The position numbers and the translations under genes are program-made. Source: a virus (taxonomy: Duplodnaviria > Heunggongvirae > Uroviricota > Caudoviricetes). Taken from it: 64,000 bases of DNA. Under the pieces are notes generated by a model. It was not told where the DNA came from and made no database searches. It saw nothing but the letters and a program-made list of their open reading frames with translations. This document shows, piece after piece, positions 37,467 through 47,766 of the stretch (the first letter of the stretch is position 1; each line of letters opens with the position of its first letter). Location of the stretch: the IMG/VR virus record IMGVR_UViG_3300032050_000059; one strand, 5' to 3'.

Positions 37467-38717
37467 ATGCCTGAAAATCAATCTCTTCTGCAACAGCTGG
37501 AGCAGATGCTTCACTGGAAGAAAAGCAAAAAGTTTTATGCAGACAAACTAAACATTACAGAGAATGAAGTGGATGAGCTGTTGAAAGAATTAAAAGGTTC
37601 ACAAGATGCTCAGAATGAGGCAGAGATAGCAAGCTATATTGGAGAACTGGAAGATGCAATTGTAAGGTTTTCCGAGGATATACAGAAGGGAACAGGTGAG
37701 GTGGTGTTCAACTCTAAGGAAGAAATCAAGAGTTTGGACGAGTTGATTGAAAAGTGCAAGATTGATACAGACAAGTGGGAAATAACTAAATACGTACAAA
37801 ACTACTGGGGAAATGCTGAACAGCCCCACTACCAAGTTAAAGCTTGGCTAGGAAAGAAGAAAGGTGAGCAGATATTCCAGGACAGCTTTGTTAGCTTCCT
37901 TGAGACATATGAACCTGTTTCTCCTGAAATAGTAGCTCCTAAGTTTGATTCATCCAAGAAAGAAGCATGTCTAATTATCAACAAGCAGGATTCCCATTTA
38001 AACAAGCTAGACGTAGGAGGAGAGAATGATATAGAACAGCGCTTCGGTGATTTCATCCAGAGGGTGGAAATAATCTTAAACCAAGCTGCTCTAGCTAACA
38101 ATCTCACAGATATCAAATACATCATTGGTTCTGATGAGTTCAACAGTGAGTTCACTAATACAACTACAAAGGGCACCCCACAACAAAACATCCTATCCTA
38201 TCACGATTCTTTCCAAGCAATCTGTGATCATGAGGTGAGCGTGATAAACTTGCTTCTTCAAAGAGGTGGAGATGTGGAGGTGATATTTGTAGCTGGCAAT
38301 CATGATGAATATGTAGGATGGCATTTAGCCAGTTGGTTGAAAACCTACTTTAGAAACGAGGAGCGTGTGTTCTTTGACATCTCTCCAAGATATAGGAAGT
38401 ACGTAAGTTATGGTAGCTCTGCAATGATGTTTAATCACGGAGATGCTCTAAAGCCTGCTAAACTTGCGCACTTGTTCCCAATGGAGTTTAAACATGGATG
38501 GTCAGATCATGATAACTTCTACATCTTTACAGGTGACAAACACCATGAGATGAGTTTAGATTTTAACGGTATTAAGTTCTATCAGCTTCCAGCTTTCTCC
38601 ACAGCTAAAAGTAGCTGGGATGATAAAAATGGATACACAATAAGCAAGGGAGAGGTGACAGGATTTTTGATAGACTACGATAACGGAATAACGAATATAT
38701 TCAAACAGTATTTATAA
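37467..38717 (+). CDS. calcineurin-like metallophosphoesterase domain protein with an N-terminal coiled coil
   Basis: Ordered MPP motifs: INKQDSHLNK (D-x-H), IIGSDEFN (GD), FVAGNHDEY (GNHD/E), FNHGDA, FTGDKHHE (GH). Confidence 0.5.
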   Translation: MPENQSLLQQLEQMLHWKKSKKFYADKLNITENEVDELLKELKGSQDAQNEAEIASYIGELEDAIVRFSEDIQKGTGEVVFNSKEEIKSLDELIEKCKIDTDKWEITKYVQNYWGNAEQPHYQVKAWLGKKKGEQIFQDSFVSFLETYEPVSPEIVAPKFDSSKKEACLIINKQDSHLNKLDVGGENDIEQRFGDFIQRVEIILNQAALANNLTDIKYIIGSDEFNSEFTNTTTKGTPQQNILSYHDSFQAICDHEVSVINLLLQRGGDVEVIFVAGNHDEYVGWHLASWLKTYFRNEERVFFDISPRYRKYVSYGSSAMMFNHGDALKPAKLAHLFPMEFKHGWSDHDNFYIFTGDKHHEMSLDFNGIKFYQLPAFSTAKSSWDDKNGYTISKGEVTGFLIDYDNGITNIFKQYL

Positions 38718-39445
38718 TGTCAACTTTTAGGAAGTTAGTTTCAGATGTACGCTCTATGCACAAGTTGCTCTCCACGGACAACTTGATCACGGATAGAGCT
38801 GTTATGTCTGAAATTAAGAACAATGCCTTCCTCCTGATAAAGCGTGAGACTAACTTGAGGAAGTTATGGGCAACCGATACAGTTTTTACCACCATTCCCT
38901 GCTTGGAGATGGTGGAAGTTCCTATTTCTGAATGCTGTGATTACGCAGATCCTTGCACTGTAGCTAGAACTAAATTCAAGCTACCTCGTATTACTGAAGG
39001 TAACTATCAGTATGTGATTCAGGGTGTTTATTCTATAAACGCTATGAGTGGTCAAGGAAAGAAACTTAAGGAAATAACCATCAACCGATACGTAAACTTG
39101 CTCAAACTTCCCATCATTAAAAAGGAAGAATACTACTGGATTTCTAATGGATATTTGTATGTGAACAACCCTCTTTTGAAAGCAATCAGACTTGTTGCTC
39201 TTTTCGAGGAAGATGTTCCAAATGCAATTATGTATCCTGAATGTGGATGCGGAACTCCTGATTATACACCAGAGCAACTCTGTGTAAATCCATTAGACAA
39301 GGAGTCACCAGTTCCAGGCTATCTGGAAAAGCAAGTGTTAGAGCTCACTTCTCAAAAGCTTCTCTCTACGTATTTCAGATTGAAAACAGACATCACAAGT
39401 GATGGCGTTGATGGTCAAGCACCTAACGCCCCAAACTTGAGATGA
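38717..39445 (+). CDS. hypothetical virion protein (242 aa)
   Basis: ORF whose ATG overlaps the upstream stop. Confidence 0.4.
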   Translation: MSTFRKLVSDVRSMHKLLSTDNLITDRAVMSEIKNNAFLLIKRETNLRKLWATDTVFTTIPCLEMVEVPISECCDYADPCTVARTKFKLPRITEGNYQYVIQGVYSINAMSGQGKKLKEITINRYVNLLKLPIIKKEEYYWISNGYLYVNNPLLKAIRLVALFEEDVPNAIMYPECGCGTPDYTPEQLCVNPLDKESPVPGYLEKQVLELTSQKLLSTYFRLKTDITSDGVDGQAPNAPNLR

Positions 39446-39446
39446 T

Positions 39447-39926
39447 ATGAGAGTGAAAATAGACTGGCGAAGCGCTAGTAAAGATAACTACAACAGTTTC
39501 TGCAAGAAGCATCCCTCCATCAAACTTACATTTGATGAATGGAGAAACATCATCTATTCCTACAACGAGGCTTTCAAAGAATACATCCTAGAGACAGGAG
39601 AAAGAGCAAAGCTTCCATTTGGATTTGGTGAGTTCTCTGTCAACAAAAAGAAGCGTAGAAAGATGAAAGGAAAGGATGGAAAAGAGGACTTTGTTAATCT
39701 TCCTATAGACTGGAAGAAGACAAGAGAAAAGGGTAAGAGGATTTACAACTTCAACTTCCACACTGAGGGATATTTCTTTGGATGGGTGTGGTTCAAGAAC
39801 ACAGCTAGATTTAGACAATCAAATCTGTGGTATTTCAAAGCTTCCAGAAACACATCTAGACTGCTGTCACACTATCTAAAAACGGATGATAAATACCAAC
39901 ATCTTTATCACGAATGGAAAAAGTAA
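39447..39926 (+). CDS. hypothetical basic protein (159 aa)
   Basis: Contains a KKKRRKMKGKDGKE basic patch. ORF. Confidence 0.4.
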   Translation: MRVKIDWRSASKDNYNSFCKKHPSIKLTFDEWRNIIYSYNEAFKEYILETGERAKLPFGFGEFSVNKKKRRKMKGKDGKEDFVNLPIDWKKTREKGKRIYNFNFHTEGYFFGWVWFKNTARFRQSNLWYFKASRNTSRLLSHYLKTDDKYQHLYHEWKK

Positions 39927-39931
39927 AATAG

Positions 39932-40903
39932 ATGTCATACTATTACAAATATAATTTCATCAGCCCTGAGCCTGTGTATTCCACTGTTAAGGAGGAATTC
40001 AAAAGTTATTTTGATACAGGAGCTGTTGACGATTTAATGTTCCCTACCTACTTAGACAAGTGTCTAAGAAAGCTAGGTAGAACCACTTATGTGATTTCTC
40101 AGGAAATCCTACACATCTGTGACTACGAAGCTAGACTTCCAGACAACTTCTATGCTGTTCGTGAAGCATGGCTTTGTACAGCTGTAAATGGCTATCCCTA
40201 TCAACAGGCTAACTCTTTCTATTCACAGGCTGCCAGTTCTACAACAATTCAGGTGAGCCCTGTAATTGTGTATGGTAACCCTTGTAATGAGGGTGGATGT
40301 GACAATCCTTTCTGCCCTAAGTGTATGCCTGATTTGGTACAAGCTGTCTACAAGACAAACAACCAAGCCCCTGTGCTATATCGAAAGGAATATCTTCTCA
40401 AGCCTGGTAATATCTCCGCACAAGATAACTGTGGTGTAGACTATACCAGCAATTGGGAATTCTATCAAGAGGCACCTCCTCTACGTGAGTTCACTCCAGG
40501 ATCTGCTGGTTATGACTCATTTGACATCAGAGACAATAAGTTTGTAACAAACTTCCGAAATGGTGTTGTACATCTTCTTTTCTATGCTACAGAATATGAT
40601 GCTGGTGGAAATCAGCTAATTCCTGACAACTATCGTATCAGGGAGTTTATTGAGGCTTTCATCAAATACAAAGTGATTGAAACTCTCACCAATCAGACCA
40701 ACGATGAGACTTTCAACCAGCTTCAAACCAAGCTAGCTTTCTATAAACAACAGGCTGATGAAGCATTCATCATGGCTGATATTGAGATTAAGAAGCAAGA
40801 TCCTTGGACTAAGCAGCGTAGGATTAAGAATGACTTGAACAGATTTAATATGTATGAACTCCCTAACCGTACTAACAGATATGGTTGGAGACGAAATAAC
40901 TAA
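39932..40903 (+). CDS. hypothetical virion protein (323 aa), Cys-rich
   Basis: ORF. Confidence 0.4.
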   Translation: MSYYYKYNFISPEPVYSTVKEEFKSYFDTGAVDDLMFPTYLDKCLRKLGRTTYVISQEILHICDYEARLPDNFYAVREAWLCTAVNGYPYQQANSFYSQAASSTTIQVSPVIVYGNPCNEGGCDNPFCPKCMPDLVQAVYKTNNQAPVLYRKEYLLKPGNISAQDNCGVDYTSNWEFYQEAPPLREFTPGSAGYDSFDIRDNKFVTNFRNGVVHLLFYATEYDAGGNQLIPDNYRIREFIEAFIKYKVIETLTNQTNDETFNQLQTKLAFYKQQADEAFIMADIEIKKQDPWTKQRRIKNDLNRFNMYELPNRTNRYGWRRNN

Positions 40904-40908
40904 TACTA

Positions 40909-43900
40909 ATGGCTGAATTGGAAAAGGGCAATATTAAACAGGAGTACAATAATGCTACCACTGGTCTTAACATGGACCAAACTGTTAACCAGATCCAAAA
41001 GGGTAGGTTAACTTATGCATTGAATGCTGCTGTTGAAAACTTTGATGCTAATTCTGTAAACTATCAGAATGAGCCAGGGAACGAACTTTGTGTTACGTTC
41101 CCTTCTGGCTTTATACTTATAGGTACCCACTTCATCCAAGAGAAGAACAAACACATATTCTTCATCACTAATCCAGAAACTGGCGGAAGTCAGATTGGAT
41201 ATATGGAGAACAATGATTGTGTGTATCGTGTGATTGTAAATGCTCCCTGTCTTAACTTTAACATTGACCATCCCATTCATAAGGTGGCGCATAAGATTAC
41301 TAATTGCACCACTGAAATATATTGGACAGATGGATTTAATCCTAGGAGATACCTAGATATTGATGATGTACCAAAAGTTCTAAAATCTGGAACTCCTTTC
41401 TGCGATCCAGAATATACAGACGATCTAGACTGTAATCAACTTAAGCTTCAACCCAACTTTAAGATTCCTCAACTGGAGGTAACTGATGTTACAAGCACAG
41501 GTAATCTGATTGCTGGTACATATCAGTTTGCTATACAATACTCTGATCCTCAGGGTAATCCGTACACTTCCTACTATTCCATCACTAACCCAACACCAAT
41601 CGCTGATCCATTCATTACATCAGTGAACTTCAACTATCCTGTTGGGAAATCTATCATCCTCAATATAAGCAATCTTGAGGACACTGGACTATACCAGTAT
41701 TTCAACCTGGCAGTGATTAAGACAGTGAATGACATCACTTCTGTAGAACTGGTGGGCACCTACTATATTGACAACCTCCAGAAACAAATCACATACACTG
41801 GTCAGAACGTTACACAGATTCGTTTGACCATCAATGATATATTTGAGAAGTTCCCTTATTATGACGTTGCACAAGACCTCACAAATGCGCAAGATGTTTT
41901 AATCTGGGACAATCTTACATCTATTGATCGTATCAACTATCAAAGCATTGCTAATCAGATTCCTCTGCTATGGGAAACTTATCGTATCCCTGCCACAGAA
42001 AACTATGCAGACGAACTGAATGCCACCAATCTCAGAGGTTATCTAAGAGATGAGGTGTATGCTTTTGAAATAGTATTCTTGCTTAAGAATGGTAAGCAAA
42101 CTGATGGATTCCACATTCCTGGTAGAATCAAAGGTCCTGCAGAGAACTTGCAACCTGATGTTCCAGATACCAACCCAGACTTTATAGGCGTTCCTGATTA
42201 CACATCTGGAGGAGTAGGATATTCCCCATATTGGAAAATCTACAACACAGGATCTGTAATTGGTACAAGTCCTGGTTATTCACCAGCTCCTGACTACAAA
42301 GGACCATACCAATATGGTCAATTTGCATATTGGGAGTCTACAGACACCTATCCTTGTAACAAAGATGTATGGGGTGATTTAGCTGGCCAACCAATCAGAC
42401 ATCACAAGTTTCCTGATATTAATGTAAGCCCTGCTTACGAATCAAAGATATTCACAGGACCTGGTGGAATGGTGATGGGTAATGATGCAGTGTTCCCTAT
42501 TGGTGTACGTATTGACGTACAACAGGTATCTGCTCTCATTCAGTCTTCTAGTCTTACAGATGATCAGAAGAGTGATATTGTGGCATTTAAGATTGTTCGT
42601 GCTGATCGTGGCACTAATAAGTCTATCATTGCTAAGGGTATTCTTAGGAATGTAAATACATACGAGAGAGAAGAAGAGATTTACTACTATCCTAACTACC
42701 CATACAACGATCTTAACGCAGATCCATTCCTTAATACAACAAACAATGCCTATTCACAAATCTGTGATGGGTATAATGTATTTATAGACACACTTGCTGT
42801 AGATCCTGCTGGAGGACCTGACTTTGCAGAAATAGAATGGACAGATTGTAATACAAACAAACTTACAAAGAAGAAGGTTCTTGCCATTGGTGTCTATCCA
42901 TTTTGCTCAATTGGTAAACCTAGAATCCTTGGACCTGCAACAGGTAAAGTGGGACTTTCTACATATGAAGTGTGGACTGCCCAGGTTTGTAACACAAGTC
43001 CTTTTGGATTTGCACAAGGTGGTAGAATTGAGTGGGATGATATCTACACTGGTATAACCACAGATTGGGTATCTGGATGGCCCACATTCCCAACACTTAC
43101 ATTATATGTAGTTCCTGGAACTGTTCCTGTACAAATTGAAGGACCTGGTGAAATATGTTTCAATGGTCCTACACTTGTGACAGGACCTGATTGTAAAGGA
43201 GAAAATCCTCAACCAGGATTTACAGAGAAATACAGACAGATATTCAACTCTCCTGAAACTTCATTTGGACAGCCATTCTTGGGTGATATTCTAAAGCTTG
43301 AGAGTGTGATGTTTGGTAGAGGCAAGGCTCACTTTGTTGAGGTGAAGGATAATGCTAAGTATAAGCTCTTAACAGAAGAAGCTCAGCGTGATGCTCTTGA
43401 AAGTGCTGAAGACTTAGGAGATATCACCACACCGTTTAACGCCACTGCTATGTTTACAGCATATCAGGCGTATTTGACAATATATGTAAACGGTATCACA
43501 AGAAAGAACTATGCCTACTCTTTCAACTCTATAGCTGATTATAACTATGGAGTGGGAGTTCCTGATAACCTTGGCATCAAGCAAAGAACTCTAGACATTG
43601 CTAGATATTTGATTCCTGGTGTTTTGAACGTTGGTGATATACATAATATCAACAACTTCCAAAGAGAATCATCTGTCTACCTAAGAACTGACCTAACTAA
43701 GACAGCTCTTCCTTTCCCAGACCAGAGCCCTAATATGCTATCTGGAGGAAATCCTATAGTGACAGACATTTCGAGATTTACCATCTCTGAAAAAAACAAA
43801 TGTCAAGCTCCTGCTAGGGAAGAAGACATATCTGTTGTTTCCTACTATGCATCTCTTAAGAATGTGTTTGTCAATCAGTACGGACAGATCTATTCTTATG

Positions 43901-45984
43901 ACACTGTAGACACTGGTTTCCAAGCACTTGTAGATGACATCACTCCTAATGTATCAACTATATTTGGTGGTGATACATTCATCAGCAGATTTGCTTTCAA
44001 GACCAAACTTCCATTCTTCATAGATAATCGTGTAAATGCTCCTGATGATAGTGATATATTCTACGATGAGATTGGTAATATAGCCTATCCAAAATACTGG
44101 CACTCAGCACGTTCCATCCTGAAAGATTATGCAATCACAGGTGTGGGCGTACTATCAAACATCATATCTTACAAAGCTCACAACTTTGACTGTCCAAACA
44201 GTCAATTTGTAGCTCCTGGACAACCTAAGGATAGCAATCCTGGAAGAACCTATTACGATGGATATTTCTATCTGTTTGCATATGGTATTCCTAACTTCTA
44301 TTGTGAGAGCTCTTACAACGTAGATTTACGTCAGGCATTCAACAATAGAGAAGGTGACTTCTGGCCTCACGTGAGCACAGGTATTCCTGATGACTGGGTG
44401 CAGCAGAGCTTTGTTCCTATTATTCAGGACAACACCTACTACTATAATGTAACCTATTCTAAACAGAACAGGGAGAACACATTTACCCATTTGCCTATCG
44501 ACTGGGACAAACCTTGCTATACATACTATCCATTCAGAGCTATCTATTCTGATTCTCAGAACATTGATTCTGATAACAGAGTGAATAGCTGGTTGATTTA
44601 CAGAGCCATATCTTACTATGATTTCCCACAGAACTATGGAAATCTGATATCTCTAGACGGAATCCAGAACAGAGCTGTTCTTGCTCGCTTTGAGAACAAG
44701 ACACTCATGTACAACAACCTTCTTACGATAGATACAAGTAACCCTCAGGCTGCATACGTAGGTAATCCTATGCTGTTCAGAGGAGCACCTCCAATTGACT
44801 TTGCAGAAACTGATTTAGGATATGTAGGAAGTCAAAACAAGATGTTGTTGAAGATCCCACAAGGACAAGTGACTGCAGATGCTAAACGTGGTCAAATCTT
44901 CCTCATTAGTGGTACACAGGCTGTGGACATATCTGGATTTGGTTCAGGAGTAAACAGGTTCCTTACAGACCACTTAGCGTTTGAAATCTTACGTTACTTC
45001 CCCAAGGTAAACACTGATAACAACTATGCAGGTATTGGTTTGCATGGTGTATATGATAGTAAGTATGACCGTGTGTTAATCACTAAGCTTGATTACATTC
45101 CAAAAAGAAATGATATTGTATATGATGAGGTTACAAAAGAGTTCTATATAGTTAAAACTGTTAACGGTTTAACTATTAAAACTCCTGTAAACTTAACTGA
45201 CCAAGAATACTTCTGTAACAAGAGTTGGACATTATCCTTCAACTTTAATACTAAGAGCTGGATAAGTTTCCATACATATCTGCCTAACTGGTATATTGGA
45301 GAGAACAACTTCTTCTATTCTGGTATTAATGGATGCTGTGAAGACTTTGAGGTGATTGCTGGTATACCTGGACCTGTTCCAACCACCACTACTACTTCTA
45401 GTACATCTACCACATCTACCAGTTCTACTACTACAACCACTACAACACGTGATTGTCGTCTTGAAGGAGAAGTTGAGATTACAGATTGTCCTCTTGATGG
45501 AACAGCTATTGTAACTGTACCTGCTCCAAATCCTCCTTGTGAAAGACCTCAAGGATTAACTCAAGAGGCGTTCTTTACAGGATATGATATAATTATTCCG
45601 CCAAGCAACACTGTATCTACAGGAAGTGCAACAGACGCATGTGATGCTGTAAACTACCTGAATACATTCGGTGGAAGCTATGTGAATGTTATTCCTACAT
45701 ACGTCCTAGTAGAATACCAAGGATTGTACATAGGATCTGATGTATACATATTCAACGGTACAACAGACTGTGAGACTATTCCTGATGGCTGGTATTTCAC
45801 AGGAGCATCTCAGGCAGTGAATACAGTGTTCCATGTGGTGGGTGGTGAAATCTCAATGATTGTTGTTTGTCAACCTACAACAACTACAACATCAACTAGT
45901 AGCACAACAACTACTACAACCACTACAATAGTTCCTGTTGATTGTATATTTGGTGGAACAGCAGAGGAAACAGCACCTTTATAA
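40909..45984 (+). CDS. giant virion/tail protein (1691 aa) with a poly-Thr linker and a C-terminal module
   Basis: Long ORF. TTTTSSTSTTSTSSTTTTTTT linker at about aa 1485. Second T-rich tract TTTTTSTSSTTTTTTTT near the C-terminus. Confidence 0.5.
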   Translation: MAELEKGNIKQEYNNATTGLNMDQTVNQIQKGRLTYALNAAVENFDANSVNYQNEPGNELCVTFPSGFILIGTHFIQEKNKHIFFITNPETGGSQIGYMENNDCVYRVIVNAPCLNFNIDHPIHKVAHKITNCTTEIYWTDGFNPRRYLDIDDVPKVLKSGTPFCDPEYTDDLDCNQLKLQPNFKIPQLEVTDVTSTGNLIAGTYQFAIQYSDPQGNPYTSYYSITNPTPIADPFITSVNFNYPVGKSIILNISNLEDTGLYQYFNLAVIKTVNDITSVELVGTYYIDNLQKQITYTGQNVTQIRLTINDIFEKFPYYDVAQDLTNAQDVLIWDNLTSIDRINYQSIANQIPLLWETYRIPATENYADELNATNLRGYLRDEVYAFEIVFLLKNGKQTDGFHIPGRIKGPAENLQPDVPDTNPDFIGVPDYTSGGVGYSPYWKIYNTGSVIGTSPGYSPAPDYKGPYQYGQFAYWESTDTYPCNKDVWGDLAGQPIRHHKFPDINVSPAYESKIFTGPGGMVMGNDAVFPIGVRIDVQQVSALIQSSSLTDDQKSDIVAFKIVRADRGTNKSIIAKGILRNVNTYEREEEIYYYPNYPYNDLNADPFLNTTNNAYSQICDGYNVFIDTLAVDPAGGPDFAEIEWTDCNTNKLTKKKVLAIGVYPFCSIGKPRILGPATGKVGLSTYEVWTAQVCNTSPFGFAQGGRIEWDDIYTGITTDWVSGWPTFPTLTLYVVPGTVPVQIEGPGEICFNGPTLVTGPDCKGENPQPGFTEKYRQIFNSPETSFGQPFLGDILKLESVMFGRGKAHFVEVKDNAKYKLLTEEAQRDALESAEDLGDITTPFNATAMFTAYQAYLTIYVNGITRKNYAYSFNSIADYNYGVGVPDNLGIKQRTLDIARYLIPGVLNVGDIHNINNFQRESSVYLRTDLTKTALPFPDQSPNMLSGGNPIVTDISRFTISEKNKCQAPAREEDISVVSYYASLKNVFVNQYGQIYSYDTVDTGFQALVDDITPNVSTIFGGDTFISRFAFKTKLPFFIDNRVNAPDDSDIFYDEIGNIAYPKYWHSARSILKDYAITGVGVLSNIISYKAHNFDCPNSQFVAPGQPKDSNPGRTYYDGYFYLFAYGIPNFYCESSYNVDLRQAFNNREGDFWPHVSTGIPDDWVQQSFVPIIQDNTYYYNVTYSKQNRENTFTHLPIDWDKPCYTYYPFRAIYSDSQNIDSDNRVNSWLIYRAISYYDFPQNYGNLISLDGIQNRAVLARFENKTLMYNNLLTIDTSNPQAAYVGNPMLFRGAPPIDFAETDLGYVGSQNKMLLKIPQGQVTADAKRGQIFLISGTQAVDISGFGSGVNRFLTDHLAFEILRYFPKVNTDNNYAGIGLHGVYDSKYDRVLITKLDYIPKRNDIVYDEVTKEFYIVKTVNGLTIKTPVNLTDQEYFCNKSWTLSFNFNTKSWISFHTYLPNWYIGENNFFYSGINGCCEDFEVIAGIPGPVPTTTTTSSTSTTSTSSTTTTTTTRDCRLEGEVEITDCPLDGTAIVTVPAPNPPCERPQGLTQEAFFTGYDIIIPPSNTVSTGSATDACDAVNYLNTFGGSYVNVIPTYVLVEYQGLYIGSDVYIFNGTTDCETIPDGWYFTGASQAVNTVFHVVGGEISMIVVCQPTTTTTSTSSTTTTTTTTIVPVDCIFGGTAEETAPL

Positions 45985-45996
45985 AAGAAAATATAA

Positions 45997-46860
45997 ATGG
46001 CAAAGACAATCATCATAAAGTTAACTAGCTCAGGTCCTTCAATAGGTCCATTCACAATCTCTGATGAGTTTGGAAACGTTATTGCAACTAACGTTTCTAA
46101 AGCTGATTTGATTGCTGGAGTGAGCTATAGCGTAGGTGATGATGTTAATATTGTTGTAATAGAATCCACTGGTAAGTGTAAGAGCAAGAAGAGTTTCCCA
46201 GTTGGTGTAGTGACACCTAATGATTTGGCATTCGATGGATACAAACAAATCAAAACTGCTTGTATCTGGAGGCACCTGACTAACCCAGAGATATACAATA
46301 CATTCTATGGAAACATAGAACCTTATATCATCGAGTATCCTTTTGCCTACCAATACTACGATGAAATCCTTCAGAGTGTACAGGATTACACTAAGTCATA
46401 CAAATACCTTCCTACAGACGATGGTATTTTCAACGACAACAGAAGGATAGCTACTAATAACTACTTCAACAAGGCTGTTCTATATAACGATCAGCAGTCC
46501 ACTGGTATACTTGAGTTGGTTCCTAAACCAATCAACAACCTGAAGGAATACATGAAGTATCCTATATATAGCACTGATAGTAAGACAATTACATTCACAA
46601 AGAGTGATAACTTCTATCAGTATAACACATTCTGGTCATTGGTTAGAGATAAGGCTGTACCTCTGTTTGTAAAGAGCTGTGAATCTCTATCTATAGACAA
46701 GCTTGTGAATCAACCTAATATGGACTACGGCAAGAGATCTTTCAAGAAAGAACCTCTAAGAGCTAAGGATCTAAAGGTGAGACACATTCTGGACAATAGT
46801 TCAGAAACTCATTTGGTTTCCCAGTTTATTTACACACCTGCTCAAATCTCTTACAAATAA
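45997..46860 (+). CDS. hypothetical virion protein (287 aa)
   Basis: ORF. Confidence 0.4.
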   Translation: MAKTIIIKLTSSGPSIGPFTISDEFGNVIATNVSKADLIAGVSYSVGDDVNIVVIESTGKCKSKKSFPVGVVTPNDLAFDGYKQIKTACIWRHLTNPEIYNTFYGNIEPYIIEYPFAYQYYDEILQSVQDYTKSYKYLPTDDGIFNDNRRIATNNYFNKAVLYNDQQSTGILELVPKPINNLKEYMKYPIYSTDSKTITFTKSDNFYQYNTFWSLVRDKAVPLFVKSCESLSIDKLVNQPNMDYGKRSFKKEPLRAKDLKVRHILDNSSETHLVSQFIYTPAQISYK

Positions 46861-47765
46861 TGGCAAAGAAACTCACATCAGCAAAAGCAAAGGAAATCCT
46901 ACACGACAAGAGCGTGCATGGGCATCCTTTGACAGACAAGCAAAGAAGATTCTTCGGTGCTATAGCTGGAGGTGCTAAGCCTTACAAAGCTGAGGAAGGT
47001 GGATGGTTGGATAAGTATGAACAAGGAGGATTGGTATTGAAGCAAAAGAAACAAGATAACTACGGTAAAAAAGGCAACTATAACGACTATACAATATCCA
47101 CTCCCCCAGGATTTGTAGGTATGGGTAATAACCTCAAAGGTCGCAACTACAGTCCTGCGTGGGGTGGACAGTTTCAAGATGGTGGTAATTTGATGCCTGC
47201 TATGGCTGGAGCTAACCAAACTGTTCCTATGGCTCAATTGGGAGACAGTGTTAAACCCATCCCAATGCAATTAGCAATGGGAGGAAGTCTTCCTGGTGCT
47301 GTTGGGTTCACGTACGCACGCACGGTGGGAGCTGCTCCTGACAATGGTCCATATGCTAAGAAGACAAAGGCTAGTGCACAGAATGGACAGGAGATGAAAT
47401 ACTACCAAGCAGGACTAGATTTCAAACCTAAGACTATTAGTCAAGATGGGTCTGTTATAGATCCTGAAGGATACTGGAACCCAGACAACTGGGGTAAATC
47501 AGTTATCATCCCATCCACAGATATCACTATGAAGGGTGTGGATCAACCACTAATTGGTGTATCTGACACAGGAGATGTACAATATATGGAGCCTGGAGAG
47601 GATTATGAATTTGATGGTGAATATGTAACAGAATATCCTGTAGCTAAGGGAGGAATTAGTGTGAATAATGCTGATGCTCAACCTATTAAAAAGTTAGATC
47701 AATTACTTAACTTTACAAACTATAACAAACCAACCAAGGGCGGCTGGTTAGATAAATATAATTGA
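46860..47765 (+). CDS. Gly-rich virion protein (301 aa) with GGWLDKY repeated near both termini
   Basis: AEEGGWLDKYEQGG near the N-terminus and PTKGGWLDKYN at the C-terminus. FQDGG-type motifs are shared with the next protein. Confidence 0.4.
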   Translation: MAKKLTSAKAKEILHDKSVHGHPLTDKQRRFFGAIAGGAKPYKAEEGGWLDKYEQGGLVLKQKKQDNYGKKGNYNDYTISTPPGFVGMGNNLKGRNYSPAWGGQFQDGGNLMPAMAGANQTVPMAQLGDSVKPIPMQLAMGGSLPGAVGFTYARTVGAAPDNGPYAKKTKASAQNGQEMKYYQAGLDFKPKTISQDGSVIDPEGYWNPDNWGKSVIIPSTDITMKGVDQPLIGVSDTGDVQYMEPGEDYEFDGEYVTEYPVAKGGISVNNADAQPIKKLDQLLNFTNYNKPTKGGWLDKYN

Positions 47766-47766
47766 T

